Shown here: piece after piece, positions 62,801 through 64,000 of the stretch | Numbering within the stretch: position 1 is the stretch's first letter | Layout of the letters: each line of letters begins with the position of its first letter | NCBI GenBank assembly: GCA_040766105.1 | Contig: JAXGRD010000005.1 | Location: 138,178 to 202,177 of the forward strand | Origin: Anaerovoracaceae bacterium | GTDB lineage: Bacteria > Bacillota > Clostridia > Peptostreptococcales > Anaerovoracaceae | Length of the DNA stretch: 64,000 nt | Direction of reading: 5' to 3' | Position numbers and translations under genes: made by a program | The notes under the pieces: generated by a model | Databases searched by the model: none | Seen by the model: only the letters and a program-made list of their open reading frames with translations | What the model was told of the DNA's origin: nothing

Positions 62801-63361
62801 GTATTCGACACGGAAGTATATTCCAACACCGGAGGACAGTCCTCCAAGGCTACACCTACTGCCGCCATCGCTAAGTTTGCGGCATCCGGTAAGAAGACCA
62901 AGAAGAAGGATTTGGGCATGATGGCCATGAGCTATGGTTATGTCTATGTTGCACAGGTTGGAATGGGCTCCGACAGAAATCAGTTTATGAAGGCTGTCAA
63001 GGAAGCAGAAGCTTACAACGGGCCGTCCATCATCATGTGCTATGCACCATGTATCAACCACGGCCTGAAGGAAGGGATGGGCAAGACCCAGCACAACACA
63101 AAGGCTGCCGTGGATTGCGGTTACTGGCACCTGTACAGATACAACCCACTTTTGGAAGAAGAAGGAAAGAACCCCTTCATCTTGGACAGCAAGGAGCCGA
63201 AGGGCGGATTCCGAGACTTCATCATGAATCAGGTAAGATACTCTTCCCTGGCCAAGGAGTTCCCGGATACTGCAGAAGGCCTCTTCCAGAAGACGGAAGA
63301 AGATGCCATGAAGCGCTATGAGACATATAAAAAGTTGGCATCCGATTATAAGTGTGATTAA
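59828..63361 (+). CDS. nifJ: pyruvate:ferredoxin (flavodoxin) oxidoreductase
   Basis: 1177-aa single-chain PFOR with two ferredoxin motifs (CIQCNQCSFVCPHA, CLGCGNCADSCP) and TPP-domain GGDGW. Confidence 0.95.
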   Translation: MAKKIMKTMDGNTAAAYVSYAFTDVAAIYPITPSSPMAEVVDEMAAHGEKNLFGQEVKVVEMQSEAGAAGAVHGSLAAGALTSTYTASQGLLLMIPNMYKIAGEFLPCVFHVSARTLATHALCIFGDHSDVMATRQTGFALLCSSSVQEAMDMAGVAHLSTIKSKVPFLHFFDGFRTSHEVQKIEAIGYDVFDKLLDKKAVQAFRDNALNPERPVIRGTAQNPDIFFQARQASAPMFEKVPKIVEDYMNALEKETGRAYKPFDYVGAPDAENIIIAMGSVCETIEETMDVLLKEGKKIGLIKVRLYRPWSVEHIMSVMPKSVKRIAVLDRTMEPGAIGDPLYMDVKTMYFDDKKAPEIYGGRYGLGSKDTTPGQIVAVFNNLEAKKPKNNFTIGITDDVTNSSLETVDISTEPEGTVRCKFWGLGSDGTVGANKQAIKIIGDNTDMYAQGYFSYDSKKSGGITVSHLRFGKNKIQSTYLIKEADFVACHTQAYVYQYDLLKGLKKGGTFLLNCIWNEEELDKHLPAAMKRYIAKNDIKFYTINATEIGNKIGLGTRINMIMQSAFFSLTKVIPVEDAEKYLKDSILKSYGNKGEHVVNMNYNAVNEGMKGAVQVNVPKEWKDAPDDKVKVEDVPEFIESVLIPMNKQEGDDLPVSTFADIADGTFPSGTAAYEKRGVAVEAPMWIKENCIQCNQCSFVCPHASIRPFLLTDEEKKKAPGAFETIKAKGKGFEDLDYRIQVDTLDCLGCGNCADSCPAKEKALVMQPLETQEIQIPNWKYAVTLPIRDDIMNKETVKGSQFAMPYLEFSGACAGCGETPYIKVITQLFGDRMMIANATGCSSIWGASAPSTPYCKDADGRGPSWANSLFEDNAEYGMGMATGVRQMREKIRETMEKLLDITGYPDVLEACKAWIAGFDDGANSRALSDAVLASLEDKTFTDSESELVNDILDKKDFLVKKSVWCVGGDGWSYDIGFGGVDHVLASGEDINILVFDTEVYSNTGGQSSKATPTAAIAKFAASGKKTKKKDLGMMAMSYGYVYVAQVGMGSDRNQFMKAVKEAEAYNGPSIIMCYAPCINHGLKEGMGKTQHNTKAAVDCGYWHLYRYNPLLEEEGKNPFILDSKEPKGGFRDFIMNQVRYSSLAKEFPDTAEGLFQKTEEDAMKRYETYKKLASDYKCD

Positions 63362-63434
63362 GTTACGGAACGAGTGGTACAATAGGCATATAATGTAAAT
63401 AACGAACATTGCTTAATGTAGAAGGGAGGCCAAC

Positions 63435-63743
63435 ATGGCTGTAGTAACGATAACAAAAGATAATTTCAAAGAAGAGGTTTTAGAATCCAAGGTTCCCGTT
63501 TTAGTGGACTTCTGGGCTGCATGGTGTGGTCCTTGCAAAATGGTAGGTCCTGTGATAGACGAAATCGCAGCAGAAAACAGCGACTTCAAAGTTGGAAAAA
63601 TCAACGTTGATGAGCAAGTTGAGCTGGCAGGTCAGTTTGGCGTAATGTCCATTCCCACCATCTGCGTCTTCAAAGACGGACAGCTGGTAAAGAAGGAAGT
63701 TGGAGCCAGACCTAAGGAAGCCATCCTTGCAATGGTGAAATAG
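63435..63743 (+). CDS. trxA: thioredoxin
   Basis: 102 aa with WAAWCGPCK. The stop codon is TAG. Confidence 0.9.
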   Translation: MAVVTITKDNFKEEVLESKVPVLVDFWAAWCGPCKMVGPVIDEIAAENSDFKVGKINVDEQVELAGQFGVMSIPTICVFKDGQLVKKEVGARPKEAILAMVK

Positions 63744-63768
63744 AATAAAAAACCGAAACATAAAAAAT

Positions 63769-63805
63769 CAGGAGCAGACTGCGGTAGCGGCTTGCTCCTG
63801 TTTTC
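63769..63805 (+). terminator. intrinsic terminator after trxA
   Basis: CAGGAGCA-16 nt-TGCTCCTG followed by TTTTCT. Confidence 0.55.
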
Positions 63806-64000
63806 TGGTGTTTCTATTAGCGGGGATGCTTTTTTGCCTATACCGTCTTTCAGCCCCTCTCGTGGGCAAATAATCGGGTGTTTTTCAGCGATTTCATCTC
63901 TTTTCTTAAAATTACTTTGCCTACAGAGAAGGTATTCAGCACCCGTAGGCAAAAAACTATGATTATTTTTAGTCATAGGAGCAGTAAAACGTCCTTGTAG

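Noticed and set aside
63632-63976. 114-aa minus-strand ORF at the right edge.
   Set aside because: It overlaps the trxA 3' end and its terminator, has no RBS before the ATG at 63976, and its translation is not protein-like. This is probably non-coding DNA, or a gene start lies beyond the window.
1-64000. CRISPR arrays, rRNA or tRNA genes, prophage blocks or classic defence islands.
   Set aside because: I saw no regularly spaced direct repeats, no rRNA- or tRNA-like sequence and no phage or restriction-type genes. The only mobile element is the IS110 copy.

Overview
The window is a chromosomal segment of a Gram-positive anaerobe, probably Clostridia-like. This is an inference from a T-box leader, an SPxTG sortase signal, and the gene orders plsX-rnc-smc-ftsY and der-plsY-gpsA. 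About 52 real genes lie almost all on the + strand. 0-7 kb: proline synthesis (proA/proB/proC) and housekeeping genes (NUDIX, xerD, rplS, rbgA, rnhB). 7-14 kb: a tetrahydrofolate C1 cluster (metF, fhs, fchA, folD) split by an IS110-family element and fused to larB plus a short larC. 14-35 kb: two ABC-FtsX fusion transporters, T-box-controlled valS, folC, plsX, rnc, smc, ftsY, der, plsY, gpsA and miaB. 35-40 kb: a six-gene Ech-type energy-converting [NiFe] hydrogenase. 40-58 kb is the accessory part. It holds a EutH-like permease and three paralogous PAS/sigma-54 activators, each followed by a TGGCA(C/T)-N5-TTGC promoter. The promoters drive (i) a corrinoid protein plus a dimethylamine methyltransferase, (ii) a trimethylamine methyltransferase plus a corrinoid protein, and (iii) an operon I do not recognise as any described pathway: class-III aminotransferase, archaeal-type GAPDH, archaeal-type PGK, LarA-family racemase and a Rieske protein. 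Both methyltransferases carry one in-frame TAG at the canonical pyrrolysine position, yet TAG also ends about a quarter of the ordinary genes here. No pylTSBCD, methylcorrinoid:THF methyltransferase or RamA is visible in the window. 58-64 kb: a vWA surface protein, PFOR (nifJ) and trxA. All calls rest on my reading of the translations and the DNA; no database search was run.
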